Source: Leidyana gryllorum EB-2025a
Taxonomy: Eukaryota; Protista; Apicomplexa
Assembly (NCBI GenBank): GCA_048772705.1
Contig: JBLWGC010000104.1
Span: forward strand, 1,054,001-1,118,000
Direction: 5' to 3'
Length of the DNA: 64,000 bases
Positions 11,404 through 23,339 of the stretch are shown piece by piece (the stretch's first letter is position 1; the number at the start of each line of letters is the position of its first letter). The notes under the pieces were generated by a model. The model ran no database searches. It saw only the letters and a list, made by a program, of their open reading frames with translations, and was not told where the DNA came from. The position numbers and the translations under genes were made by a program.

Positions 11404-11789
11404 ACTCGTTCTAATCCAAGAAGAAGAAAGAAGTCCTTCTCACAAATTGATTTGGTGATTGATGTTCTTTCGATCTGGGAGATACTCTGTCCCAAAATCG
11501 AGTGTGCGCAACATGGCCCGTGTGTATCGTCATCAAGATCAAAGTTCCCCGCTCGCGCTCATAGTTGATCAGATGGTTCGGTTCACTTTCGTACTGCCAT
11601 TGCATCTATGGTGATTCCATCCCAGTTAAGCGTTAATAACCTGGGCTCCCTTGACATTCCATGTTCTCAATAACTCAAAGCGAAGCTTCGCATCCCTTCC
11701 CACTATGTAAATCTCATTTTGTCCCCCGATTCAGTAGATCAAATATGTGAAAATTGAGCCTTCCAGGTGCAGTTCCTCAGTCTTACAGA

Positions 11790-13193
11790 TCAAATGTCCC
11801 AAGACTCATTTAAGGGCACCAAAGGCTGCCTACCACCCGTCGTACTGGTGGGCCCCTCGCTCGTCGTCGCCGCTGTTGTACTCGCTTGTGTCGATGGTGC
11901 AACAGTCAGTTCGAGTTGGGTAGTCGTCGGTGTCCACGGACTTCCAGATGTGGTGCTTGCTTCAGTAGTTGTTGGCTCAGACGTTGTGGTTGTGGACTCC
12001 GTAGTTGTGGTTGTGGGTTCGGTAGTTGTGGTTGTGGGTTCGCTAGTTCTGGTGGTGGGTTCGCTAGTTGTGGTGGTTGTGGGTTCAGTTTGTGTAGTTG
12101 TAGGCTCAGTGGGTGTAGTTGTGGTAGTAGGGGGCTCGGTGGAAAAGGGCTCTGGGGTAGTACTGGCTTCAGTCGTTGTTGTGGGCCGCCTAGTGGTAGT
12201 TGTGGGTTCAGTCGTTGTAGTGGTGGTCGGTTCAGTAGTCGTAGTCGTAGGTTCAGTGGTCGTTGTCGAGGTGCTGGTGGTTGCAGGAATCGGAGTCCCT
12301 TGAGGAGTGAAAGGAGAGCAAGTATCGGTAGGAACACAGTACTTCCAGCCAGCGACGTGCATATCACTCTCCCACACACATCTCAGATCTCCGCCATCGC
12401 ATGGCAGGCATCGATAGTGGCTGGTCGAACACTCATGAGGAAGGCCATAGTTGCAGTATTGAGTGTTCATATTGGGAGAGGGATACACAGATGTGGTGAT
12501 GGTAAGTGCCATCTCGACCATCTTCCTATTCTTCAAGAGACATCGCCCAACTTTCTCGGCACCTGTTGATGCGTATAAGTCCGATACCCAGGCCCAGTTC
12601 ACGCAGTCATCGTTCAGTTGACAGTGTAGCTGACACTGGGCTGGTGTCTCCACAATCAAATTGTTTGCGATAGACGCAAGGTTCACTTCTTGTGAGTATC
12701 CATATATCCACTTCTCAAAACAATCTCCCTCAATCACCGTTCGGCCGTTGTGCGCGAACCAGTGACTGTAGGCACATTTTGACGACCAAGCCGAATCCTT
12801 CGTGGGATCCTCGCCGCCTCCAACGAGCTGCGAGCACCACTCCATACACTCTGCATTGGTCTGAGAAGTATCCAATGTCACAACTTTGGTACAGAGCGAG
12901 TCTGTCACAGGAGGGAGGACCTCATTCGGATCATCCTCAGACTCCTGCTGAGCAGCCTCTGACGCCGCCAAACATGCAGCCGTGGTGGTGACAGCCTTGA
13001 TGGACCAGTCGTTACAACATGCGTCGATGGTTGCGAAGCAGGAGAACCAACGACCGCTGTCAACACATTGTGAACCTCTTACATCCTCACATTCGGCACA
13101 ATACATTGGGCCCGGCATTTTGGGCCCGATACACGTTGCGCCGACAGCATACTCAGTTGCTGTCACACTAAACAATATTAGCAGATTCCGCAT
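11790..13193 (-). CDS. Secreted PAN/apple-domain mucin-like adhesin (paralogue 2)
   Basis: Head is highly similar to paralogue 1; stalk is made of different TTTTEP repeats; no Cys-rich tail. Confidence 0.85.
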   Translation of the reverse strand: MRNLLILFSVTATEYAVGATCIGPKMPGPMYCAECEDVRGSQCVDSGRWFSCFATIDACCNDWSIKAVTTTAACLAASEAAQQESEDDPNEVLPPVTDSLCTKVVTLDTSQTNAECMEWCSQLVGGGEDPTKDSAWSSKCAYSHWFAHNGRTVIEGDCFEKWIYGYSQEVNLASIANNLIVETPAQCQLHCQLNDDCVNWAWVSDLYASTGAEKVGRCLLKNRKMVEMALTITTSVYPSPNMNTQYCNYGLPHECSTSHYRCLPCDGGDLRCVWESDMHVAGWKYCVPTDTCSPFTPQGTPIPATTSTSTTTTEPTTTTTEPTTTTTTEPTTTTRRPTTTTEASTTPEPFSTEPPTTTTTPTEPTTTQTEPTTTTTSEPTTRTSEPTTTTTEPTTTTTESTTTTSEPTTTEASTTSGSPWTPTTTQLELTVAPSTQASTTAATTSEGPTSTTGGRQPLVPLNESWDI

Positions 13194-13307
13194 TGTGACT
13201 GTTGTCTGTCAGATTTAATATTATGCTGCGACATCGTTGCTCCTTAGTAGCTATTGGGACTGCATCGAGACAGGAGCTCGTGGTCAGAAAGGCGAAAAAG
13301 GGAAGGG

Positions 13308-13909
13308 CTACAGCAGTTCCACGTGGTCCGACCCTGCCACGCCGACGTCGTCGTTAGTGTCGCTTTCGGTTTGACCTTCCGAGCGCCCCAAAGCGACCAA
13401 GCCTCCCAGTGTGATGCCCACACCAATGCCACCTAGTGCAGCAACCGCCACCTCGGAGACTAAGACGCTGCGAGCGCGAACTTTGGGATCTTCTAGTTGA
13501 TCCGCGAGCCAGCGCTGTGATGCCAGAAAAGCGGACTTGATCTGATCGTATAGGTCCGTGAGGTAGTCGGCCACGTAATCCAACGCATCGTCCTCCGCTT
13601 GAAAAGAGGCTCCTTCAGCGGTTGTGTTGATTGAATGTGAGTGTCCTCCAATCCTAGACTGTCCATCTCGGTCTCTGACACGATCAATCCACGCTGCATT
13701 CCTGTAGTGACGGCAACGACATAGGATGGAACTTACATTGTGAAACTGCTAGCCGGCGAAGGCCGTGTGCACTCGACCATGGGAGATCCGAACTTGTTGC
13801 TGCGTACATCCTTGCCATAGCCAACAACCAGACACCAGTGAGCTGGAACATGAGTGTGGTGTGTCTCGACTTGAGCACACGCGTGTGGTGGTGGATAGAT
13901 GATCTTCAT
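13308..13909 (-). CDS. Hypothetical two-exon protein with one TM segment
   Basis: Splice ACAAT|gtaagt...ctacag|G joins MKIIYPP... to ...LDYVADYL...VAVAALGGIGVGITLGGLVAL. Confidence 0.45.
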
Positions 13910-13959
13910 TATGTCACGCAAAGTAGGACAAATAATTGTTTTGCCATTGGCCAGGTGCG

Positions 13960-16900
13960 ATGGGGGGGGAATATACGCTTCATGTGCTGGCATGGCGGGA
14001 GGCAAGTGTCTATTCCTTATTGGCTCTGTTACTGTTGGCAGCACGAATATGGGGTGGCAGCAATTGCTCACCGCCTGCTGTGGTTCAAGGCCGTAAAGAC
14101 TTATTAGGGCAGTTCTGTATACTATACCTTCCTGTGACGTTAGGGAGCTTCGTGGTTCTGTACCTAATTGATGTTCGCGACGCCGAGTCGGCTATGCCGT
14201 CAAAGCGGTGCTTAAGACACGCTTTGGCGGCTTTATTTGGTGCTCTATACATTGTGGTCTACCATTCAAAGGTATGTCTGGCGTGCAGTTCTCAACACTG
14301 TTCAGGTGATTGCAGACGCCAACCCTGAAACACTGGACGCTATCGCTGTTTTGGTTGGTCACTGGGTGTTTATCTGTTGATTCGATTTGGAGAGATCTAT
14401 CCCTGGGGAATAGCGTTTCACCTGTGATTCTCACTGACTTATTTTGCCACGTTCTCACTGTTACGATTTCAATGAGCGGAATCTGGGTACATGCAGGCCG
14501 GGCCAGTTCGCGGCGGAAGTGGGCTGGAGGCCGTCAACTAGCTGAACCTTTGCTGTACGGGGGCGAGGTCGAGCGGCCCCAACAACTGGGCAGCTTTGAA
14601 ATGCAACCTGCGTGGCGACGTCTGCTCTTTATGCATATAAACTATGTAATGAGCATTGGTTCTCGACGTAGCTTCGAGCTCCAGGAGCTCCCAATCCTGG
14701 GAGAGGAGGAGGACCCACAGATGCAATACCAAGCTTTCAAGAAGATCTGGAGTCCCGAGAAGCCGTTACTTCCAGCATTGGTCAGATTTGGATGGGTGAG
14801 TTTGGTGTTGACGGGGCTCGCTAGCTTGCTGAGTATGGTGTTTGAATGTTCGAGCCCTCTGCTGATGAAACGAGTTTTGGAGGATCTTTTGTTTGTGGTC
14901 AACGGTGGTTCGCGGTAGGTCCGACCCCCCTGGTGTGTGCAACATTTCGCGTGATGCAGTTGGCCTGGGGTCGTATCGATAGTGACTCTGGTGATGGGGG
15001 GTGCGATGAGTCAATCGCTGTTCGTGTACTCACAACGACTGGGTGGCAAGTTTGGTATTCAAATCAAGACTTTGGTTATGTCGGCGATCTATGAGAAAAG
15101 TTTGTCGATGAATCTCAGCGAAGCTGCATCATACACCAGAGACACAGGTCAAAACGGTTCTCTTAAAGCAAGCGGATCGCCATCATCTCCTCACGGCCAT
15201 GGAGATAGTCGCTCATCGGTGTCGCCGAATGCCAGCCCGGATATCTCAACGTGCGCAACCAGTGGGGCCATCGTCAACTTGACAACTGTTGATGCGGCTC
15301 AGTTGCCCTGGGCGATATCATCTGCGCAAAACTGCTTGACAATGCCGTTGGCCATTGCTATACAGATGGTCATCCTTTACCGTTTGATCGGTTGGCCAGC
15401 CTGGGCGGCTGTGGCGGTTGTCATCCTTTGCACTCCCATTGCTAGTGAGTATCTGACTCCGCATTCTCAGCTCTCTATTTCTGCTTCCGACAGAACTGGT
15501 CTTCGACTGGGATACTTGGTGCACGGAGAAATCCATGACTGCCAAAGACCATCGTCTAAAAGTCACGGGTGAATTCCTCTCGGGACTCCGAGCGATCAAA
15601 ACGTATGTGTGGGAACGCGATGTCTACCAAAGACTGCATGACTTGAGAGCCCACGAGCTGGAGTTCGTGTGGAAGGCTCAACTTACGGGTGTAAGTATCG
15701 AAGGCTGAGGATGAATGAGCAGTTATCTCCCAGGTGGCGAGCAATATTCTTTGGGAACTGACTCCGGTGTTCTTCTCGCTGGTCACCATGGGTTTGTGCG
15801 CGTGGGCGGATAAAGAGCACAGACTGACCACACAAACGATCCTGGCTGCTTTTGCGATCTTGCGAAATATAGGATTCCCACTCTCATTCATGCCGCTAGC
15901 CATGTCTGCTGTCAGTGAGGGTCGAGTGGCTTTACGACGGATGGAGGTAACTTGAGAAAGAGGTCTGAGCTTCCACCGAGTCATACTGGTCTCCTTCAGA
16001 GGTACTTTGCGCTCCCTGTAGTATGCAGCCGTGTACGAATTGCGCTGCCGAGCACTGTCGACATTATAGACGCCGACATTGGATGGCCTGGCTCGAACGT
16101 GCCGGTGCTGCGGGGCGTTCACCTGCGCGTGAAGCCAGGAAGCCACGTTGTAGTTACAGGACGTACGGGAAGTGGAAAGTCTACCTTGATTGCTGCCTTG
16201 ATTGGAGACCTCCGTCCCATGGTTGGATCGATCTCGATTTCCCGGAATATTGGGTTCGCGGATCAATTGGCCTGGCTGCAGAACACCAGTATTCTCGGAA
16301 ACATTGTTTTCGGTGAAGTTTATGATCCTGATAGATACGATCAGGTGTTGGAGGCCACTGGACTGAAGCCTGATATAGCAACTTTTGTGAATCGCGATCA
16401 AACGATCATCGGCGAGAAGGGTGTCACCTTGAGTGGAGGACAGAGACAAAGAATAGCGTTGGCACGCGCTTTGTACAAAGACGCTGAAGTTTATATCTTC
16501 GATGACATATTTAGTGCGGTTGATACTGATACAGCCAATCTTATTTTCGAGAGGATCTTCCGAGGCATGCTGATCAATCGAACGGTACTTATGGTGACAC
16601 ACCGATTGGAGATCGTCAAACAATTCCCTACAATCGGGGTCATCGACTCCACGGGGCATCTCACTGTATTTCGTTCGGCGGCAGCGGCTTTCCAGCACAA
16701 CGTTCTTCGCGAAATGGTGCAGGAGTCAAACTCTCCAGGCTTGGAGGTTGGGAATGGTGGGATGTCCAGCACCCCCCCGAGCAATTATCGGCGAGCGTCA
16801 ATGGTATCACATAGTCCAACACATCGGCCCGACCTGGTCCTCCCGGATGAGCCATCACCGTCCAAATTCTCTACCTCGCCAAGATCGTCCTCGAACCCCT

Positions 16901-19095
16901 TACATCCACCCAAGGCAGTATCTGAAGCGTTGCTGGCCGAGACTGAGAAACGGTACGACTCAACCGACGAAGAGGATGTGGAGTTGGGTGCTGTGCCTTG
17001 GGCAATATACGGGGCTTGGGCTCACGCTGCCGGTGGGATGATGCTGGTGGGGGTGATGTTAGCTGCCTACATCGGGGCACGAGCCCTCTCTATTCTGGCA
17101 AATGTCTGGCTTGCTTACTGGGCAGGTCTCTGGCAGCATCCAGAAAAGTTGGACCCTATTCTCGGATTTGAAGTATATGCTGGTATGAACGGCTTGTACC
17201 TCAGCGGGACCGCGGTCAGTTCTGTCATCATGGCTGTATGCTCACAGCGGTCTGGGGCTCACTTCCATGATCACCTGGTGCAGCGGTTCCTGGGAGCCAC
17301 GATGCACTTTGTTCACACCACCCCCAAAGGTAGAATGCTCAATAGACTCGCCAGAGACCTCGAGACGATCGATCGATATCTGCCCTTCGTCATGTCTGAG
17401 AGTTTACATACGGTGTTCGAAGTGGCTGGGATTTTGGTGGCCACTGTTGCCTCTCTACCTCCATCAGCTATCGTGCTGCCTTTTGTCAGTTGGGCGTACA
17501 TACACTTACAGCGGTACTATGTTAGTACTTCGAGACAGCTGTCTCGATTGGCCCCAGCGCTTGCAGCACCGGTGATATCGCTATTGTCCGAAACTCTCGA
17601 CGGTAGTGCCACCATCCGTGCCTTCAACAAGCAAAGATGGATGATGGGATTGTACTTTCAAAGGCAACTGAACAGTCTGAGAATTGAGTACCTCCAGAAC
17701 GAAGTTATGCGCTGGCTGGAAATGCGGCTGATGCTCATAATGGTTTGCATTGCTGGCACTATCCCCTCTCTTTGCTTACTATATGCCAAGGCAATTAACA
17801 TTGGCATTGCAGGCTTGATAATCACATACGCCAATAGCATCACTGGTACATTAAGTTGGTTGGTTAAAATAAATGCGTAAGTACAAATCCACACAACGGC
17901 TCTCCCCACCACGCCCCAATGATTGGTGTGCGATCGTCTGTCTGTCTGTCTGTCTGTGTATCGCGGCAGTCACTATTTGCCCATTCGATGCCGTCTCCTG
18001 ATGTTTGTGATCGACATACCCTTCGCAGAGATCGCGAGAACAATATAGTGTCTGTGGAGCGGATCATCTCCTACGACAAACCGGAAGTCTGTCCCCAAGA
18101 GAAGTCGACAATTGGCGCGGCCTTAATCCCCAATGATACTTGGCCCCAACGAGGGGCTATCGAGTTCCGTCGTGTCAAATTGAGTTATCGAGATGACTTA
18201 CCGCCAGCCATCGCCGACGTATCCTTTAACGTGCAGGCGGGATGGAAGGTGGGCATTGTTGGCAGGACTGGGAGTGGAAAGACTACACTAATGAATGCTC
18301 TGTTACGGATGATTGAGATGCCGCCTCAGAGTCAAATATTGATCGATGGCTTCGACATCCAACGTGTTCCGCTAGAACGACTGCGTGCCGCTATCAGTGT
18401 GATCCCCCAAGAGCCCACACTGTTCAGTGGAAATCTGAGAGACAATCTCGACCCTTTCGGAAGGCACACTGATGAGGAGATGTGGGAAGCCATCCGAAAG
18501 GCTCATTTACAAGAAAGTTTTGGTGGCACTCTTGACTCTGTGGTCGAAGAGGGTGGGTCCAACTTTTCTGTTGGGCAACGGCAACTCATTTGTCTCGCTC
18601 GGGTTTTACTGAAGCCCAGCCGTATACTGCTGTTGGATGAGGCGACCAGCTCTGTTGACAGCCAAACAGATGCGTTGATTCAGAGATGTATCACGGAAGA
18701 GTTCCGTCAGTCCACTGTGCTGACTATCGCCCATCGAATTAACACTGTGCAAGACTACGATATGGTGGGTCTTCTTCCTTCATCCGTGTCGCCGCCCTTC
18801 ATTGAGCAAATCGATGGTCGACATGTCTGCCAAGACACTCTTCGTGTCGGTCTGCTTCAGCGAAGTGCGGATTTATCACGCTTTCCGTCTCATGAGCCCA
18901 CGTCTCCGCCTCCTCCGCTCATGTCTCCCCCTCTTTCGCCCACGTCTCCCCCTCCTGTCGGTGGTCTCCTCCATTTTATGTGACGTGTTGCAGATTGCGG
19001 TGATGCAATATGGGAAACTGGTTGAATACGGATCACCCCGGCAACTACTCGAGATAGAGGACGGATTATACAGAAATCTGGCGATGCACGGATAG
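13960..19095 (+). CDS. ABC transporter, ABCC/MRP family (multi-exon)
   Basis: Two NBDs: GRTGSGKS / [14 protein letters not shown] / YIFDD and GRTGSGKT / [13 protein letters not shown] / LLLDEAT. Two TMDs, including [19 protein letters not shown]. Confidence 0.93.
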
Positions 19096-19133
19096 CACCG
19101 TGTGGCTCTGGTTGTCTGTCGCATCCGCAATGA

Positions 19134-19463
19134 TCAATGTCGTCTGCGACCCCGCTCCCGTCGTCTTCGGTCACGGTCACGCATCCACAAGACAAAAGCC
19201 GTGGCACCGAAAAGAATGAAGAGGAACGCGATGCTCAACAGTGCGGAGAGCATAAGATAATCTTGGTGACTGGACATGACTGCGATGGGCCACCCTTGAA
19301 CAGTGGCTCCGACAGCACCGATCATGCCGGCGACCGCAGTGCCGGCCATCCACCATTTCGTCCCATCACCGCCACCCGCAACGAGGGGCTGTATTCTACT
19401 GTTGAGGAAAGCTCCCCATCCTGGTCCTCCCCGACGTCTGAAAGCCTTCAGATGCGCACCCAT
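19134..19463 (-). CDS. Small membrane protein with Arg-rich tail (inverted paralogue A)
   Basis: KWWMAG..IGAVGATVQGWP..LFILFGATAF..RRRR; similar to 19499-19837. Confidence 0.65.
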   Translation of the reverse strand: MGAHLKAFRRRGGPGWGAFLNSRIQPLVAGGGDGTKWWMAGTAVAGMIGAVGATVQGWPIAVMSSHQDYLMLSALLSIAFLFILFGATAFVLWMRDRDRRRRERGRRRH

Positions 19464-19498
19464 GAAAAAATCTTTGAGTAGCACCCTTTTTTTCGCCC

Positions 19499-19837
19499 AT
19501 GCGACTTCCCCAGCTGGGCTTCAAAACAACTGTTCAAAGCCCCATCAGCCCTCATTTGGGTGGGGGAGAGAAATGGGCGATGGCTGGTATGGCCTTCTCG
19601 CAGGCCATATCGAACATTGGAGGCACTGTTCAAGGTTGGCCATGGCAGGTTGCGGCTTCGTACCAAAACACTCTGATGGTGCTTTCAATATTGGGAACAA
19701 CATTCATTTTCATCCTTTTCGCGGGAACAGCGATGATAATCAGAATTCGGCGCCGGAAAGAAACAGAGACGCCGCGACGACGAAGACGGCAAGGCGCTCA
19801 CGCTTCTCACAAGCATCGCGGACGAATGGATTATTAG
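19499..19837 (+). CDS. Small membrane protein with Arg-rich tail (inverted paralogue B)
   Basis: KWAMAG..ISNIGGTVQGWP..IFILFAGTAM..RRRK; similar to 19134-19463. Confidence 0.65.
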   Translation: MRLPQLGFKTTVQSPISPHLGGGEKWAMAGMAFSQAISNIGGTVQGWPWQVAASYQNTLMVLSILGTTFIFILFAGTAMIIRIRRRKETETPRRRRRQGAHASHKHRGRMDY

Positions 19838-20015
19838 AAATACTCAGAATAGAATAGAAGAACTTTGATAATTGTGTGAAGCACCTTCTACTTATATAGA
19901 CTCAACAACAGCACAAACACTTAATACCCACCCAACAGTACGCCGAATAGTTTCAATAGGGATACATATTCGACCCTCGCTACTACAGTGTCCAAATAAA
20001 TTTTTGGTGTGGAAA

Positions 20016-21426
20016 ATGGCGAAAGAGGAACACACCGTAGACAAGGCTGAACCCGCAGAGGTCAGAGAGAAGCGTTTGGCCGAAGAGGAGAAGCGGAAGA
20101 AGGCAGCAGAACTGGAAAGAGAAGCTGACGAGAATGACACCTCAGCCAAGGCAGGTTATGTCTTTTTCAAGAACCGTGATCTTCAACTCCTGAAGACCGA
20201 TGTTATTGTGCACCCGACCGTCTTACTGTCAGTCTCTGACCATTACACCCGTTCTGCCAAAGGTGAGCATCCTTCCGACAACGAGACGCCGGTGTCACTC
20301 TCAATCTCTCCAGATACCAACAGACGAGTTGTCGGCGTGTTATTGGGTGAAACCCACAACCGATCTTTGCATATTACCAACACATTCGGGGTGCCCTTCG
20401 AAGAGGACAACAAAGATCCCAAAGTGTGGTATCTTGACCACAGCCATCTGGAGAAGATGTATCTTATGTTTAAAAAGGTCAGTCATCACCCAAGTCTCTG
20501 GACAACACATCGGTCTCCTCCACTGTTCAGATTAACGCCAAGGAGAATATCGCTGGGTGGTACTCCACTTCATCGCACATAAAGGAGGCAGATGTGGACA
20601 TCCACGAGTTAATTCGCAAATACTGCCCGAACCCTCTTTTCCTCTTAGTGGACGTTCACTGCACGGAGGTGAGTTGCTTTGACACTCTGACTCTGACCAC
20701 CCAGTCGCACCCAATGCTCAGACCCACAAACTCCCCATCCAAACTTACTTTGCCTTTGAGCAACCAGCCAAGGAGGAGCAGTTCCGGCGGTCTTTCGTCC
20801 ACGTTGCGTGCCGGATAGGTACGTCAAATGGCGGAATCGCTCTTAATTATATCCTTGCGGGGTCGTAGGTGCTACTGAAGCTGAAGAGGTCGGTGTGGAG
20901 CATCTGTTGCGGGACTTCCAGGGTGCCTCCACCAGCACGCTGACATCGATGATACAGGATAAACTCACCGCGCTCAAACAGCTCGCGGAGAAGCTGCACG
21001 AAATAGCCAATTACCTCGACGACGTTGCTCACGAGAAGTACCCAGTACAGCCGCATTTGCTTACACAGTTCCAACGCCTTTTGAATGCGTTGCCCGACAA
21101 AACTGATGCTGAAGGGTTCAAAGACGCATTCCAACTGGCGACAAACGACTCTCTGCTCGCGAGTTACGTAGGTGAGTTCCTTCTCTGCCTCTCTTCTCAT
21201 GTGTTGCCCGAATACCTCTGCAGCCTTTGCCGCACGGTTAGTTCTGCAAGTGAACGAATTGGTTCGATTCAAGTTATCTAAGCGGGTTGGTGAGATCAAC
21301 AAGGCTCTGGCCGAAGGCCAACAGAACAAAGAGGGTGAAGCTAAGAAGACACCAGACGCCGAAGGTGCGACCGATGCCAAAGCGACTGATGCCGAGAAAG
21401 ATGCTACTAAGAAACCGTCGAACTGA
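20016..21426 (+). CDS. RPN8: 26S proteasome lid subunit Rpn8/PSMD7 (MPN domain, multi-exon)
   Basis: [63 protein letters not shown]. Confidence 0.93.
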
Positions 21427-21456
21427 TGATGAACGGAAAATAATGTTCGTTGTCTT

Positions 21457-23307
21457 CTACGCTCCATCGACGAATCTGATCCTCTTTTTCTCCTTTGGGG
21501 CTATGGCTTCTTCTCCAGTGCGCTGTTTCAAGATACCCCGGTGTGTGAAGCCGACAATGGGAAGAACCAAACGCTCGACGTTGTACCCTCCGTCATGCTC
21601 CAACACACCCAGCTCGTTGGTGATTTGTATGTTCGTGGGATACAGAGGAGCTTGCGTTTGTCTCAAAGGAGCCGTGGGGATCCTGATGTGCAAGTTTTGG
21701 ACTTTGTCGAGCCCGTGCGGCATTCTAGCGACTGCTGGAGAAACGCCAGTTCTCTGTCTTGGAACTAATGCTCTGAGGTCCACCCTGGGCGTCAGCCCCA
21801 GATATAGCCAAGCGAATCCACGATGCTTTGGATTCGAGTACCTCACCATTTGTCCCAAACCGTAGTCTATGAAAACTCGTGACTCAGTAGCCTCTCCCAA
21901 TAGATAAGCCAACGCCCCTCCCCGATTAGTGGCCACCAAAGCCGAAACTAATTGATTCATTCGTTCTCTCGGTGACGATGCTTGATGCCGCAACTCGTTC
22001 CACATGTCGGGTATTTCGGATACGGTGGGGATCACGGCTTTGAGGATATACTGTTGGGCCAATCCTTCACACTTCGTCTGATACAACCCGCATTCTTCAA
22101 TTAGTGTCTGTGCCATCTTGTAGATCCCCTCCTTGAGAATCTCAACGGGTGGAAGCACCACGGTACGTAAATGCCTCAATCGTCCACTCCCCGGAAGCAG
22201 TGATAAACCCATACTTTCTATGAACTCCTGTCGCAGTCTTGCACCCAGGCTGACCAGTTTGTATATATCGCGCTCGATCGCAGAGTGTAGAGTAGGGGGA
22301 TCCCGATGTTGAGCCCCGGTTCGCGACTCGGCCTCAACTCTGTCGACAAAACGGGTCAGCAGGTTGACGAGTGCTGTGGCATTGGGCGAGGTGATCCTCG
22401 ACAAGAGTCGAGGATCTGTCATCTCCATCAGCTCCTCGTTGGAGTGTGGATTGAGCGGACGCCCTTCAAATGCCGGACGCGAGAACCCACTCTCGACCCA
22501 ATTTTGTAACTTTCCCACAGTGTCTTTGTACTCCGCACTCATATCATCGATCACTTCCATAACGTTCCACTTGCAATCTGCAGTGTGGTCGGTACTGGCA
22601 GATGGATGACCTCTCAAACACCCAACGTGTACCGGCTTCATCCTGTTGAGGACATTGATGAAACCCCCACGTTCCGCAGCGGCACACAACTGTTGAGCCG
22701 TCTTGTTGCAAGTGATGGAGTCGGCATCATATCCCTTGTATGCTGTGGTAAGGATATGCACTACATCGATGGGGTTGTTAGTGGCATATCTTCCGATAAC
22801 TGGGCCCCGGAGAGACGCGGAAACGGCAATATCCAAATCACCGATCTTCATTATTCCTGCACGAGTCTCAGCGTCGATATTCTTCATTTTCATCTCCATA
22901 GCTGGCAGCTCCATCTCTATGTGGTCCAGACGAGTCGTGAAGACTTTGGTATATGGCTGCTCAGGATCCGATGGTCCGGTTCTCGACCTGCCAGATGTAC
23001 GGAGAATTTTCTGTTTCTGCCCCGTCCACTCCTCCTTATCTTGTGGAATGAACACAGCATTGATATTGGGGGGCATACGTAAGCCGTCTCCACCCTTCGG
23101 AGTCCAGTCTGCCTGCGCAATACCCATCAAAGCCTCCAAATTCTGGTGGCCCAAATTAGTCACGAGCCTCTCGCAGGCCTGTCCCGAAGTCTGCAGGAGT
23201 GCAGTCCCGGTCGAGCTGGCCGACAGCAAGGCCATGATGGGGACAGTCACTATCGGTTCTCGTCGTCCAGCGTCATTTTGGCGACAGCTTGGGATATTTA
23301 TAAGCAT
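21457..23307 (-). CDS. Hypothetical 616-aa intronless protein
   Basis: Long ORF with globular composition; no motif recognised. Confidence 0.7.
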   Translation of the reverse strand: MLINIPSCRQNDAGRREPIVTVPIMALLSASSTGTALLQTSGQACERLVTNLGHQNLEALMGIAQADWTPKGGDGLRMPPNINAVFIPQDKEEWTGQKQKILRTSGRSRTGPSDPEQPYTKVFTTRLDHIEMELPAMEMKMKNIDAETRAGIMKIGDLDIAVSASLRGPVIGRYATNNPIDVVHILTTAYKGYDADSITCNKTAQQLCAAAERGGFINVLNRMKPVHVGCLRGHPSASTDHTADCKWNVMEVIDDMSAEYKDTVGKLQNWVESGFSRPAFEGRPLNPHSNEELMEMTDPRLLSRITSPNATALVNLLTRFVDRVEAESRTGAQHRDPPTLHSAIERDIYKLVSLGARLRQEFIESMGLSLLPGSGRLRHLRTVVLPPVEILKEGIYKMAQTLIEECGLYQTKCEGLAQQYILKAVIPTVSEIPDMWNELRHQASSPRERMNQLVSALVATNRGGALAYLLGEATESRVFIDYGLGQMVRYSNPKHRGFAWLYLGLTPRVDLRALVPRQRTGVSPAVARMPHGLDKVQNLHIRIPTAPLRQTQAPLYPTNIQITNELGVLEHDGGYNVERLVLPIVGFTHRGILKQRTGEEAIAPKEKKRIRFVDGA

Positions 23308-23339
23308 CTCATACGGCCAATTTTTTTTTCTCCTTTCCC

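Noticed and set aside
9829-12569. Long Val/Gly- or Arg/Ser-rich ORFs on the + strand
   Set aside because: Antisense readings of the Thr/Pro mucin repeats.
14900-19000. Apparent frameshifts and stops in the ABCC, kinase, LCMT1 and Rpn8 genes suggesting pseudogenes or a recoded genetic code
   Set aside because: The breaks I traced coincide with short GT-AG introns, and TAA, TAG and TGA all serve as normal terminal stops in the window.
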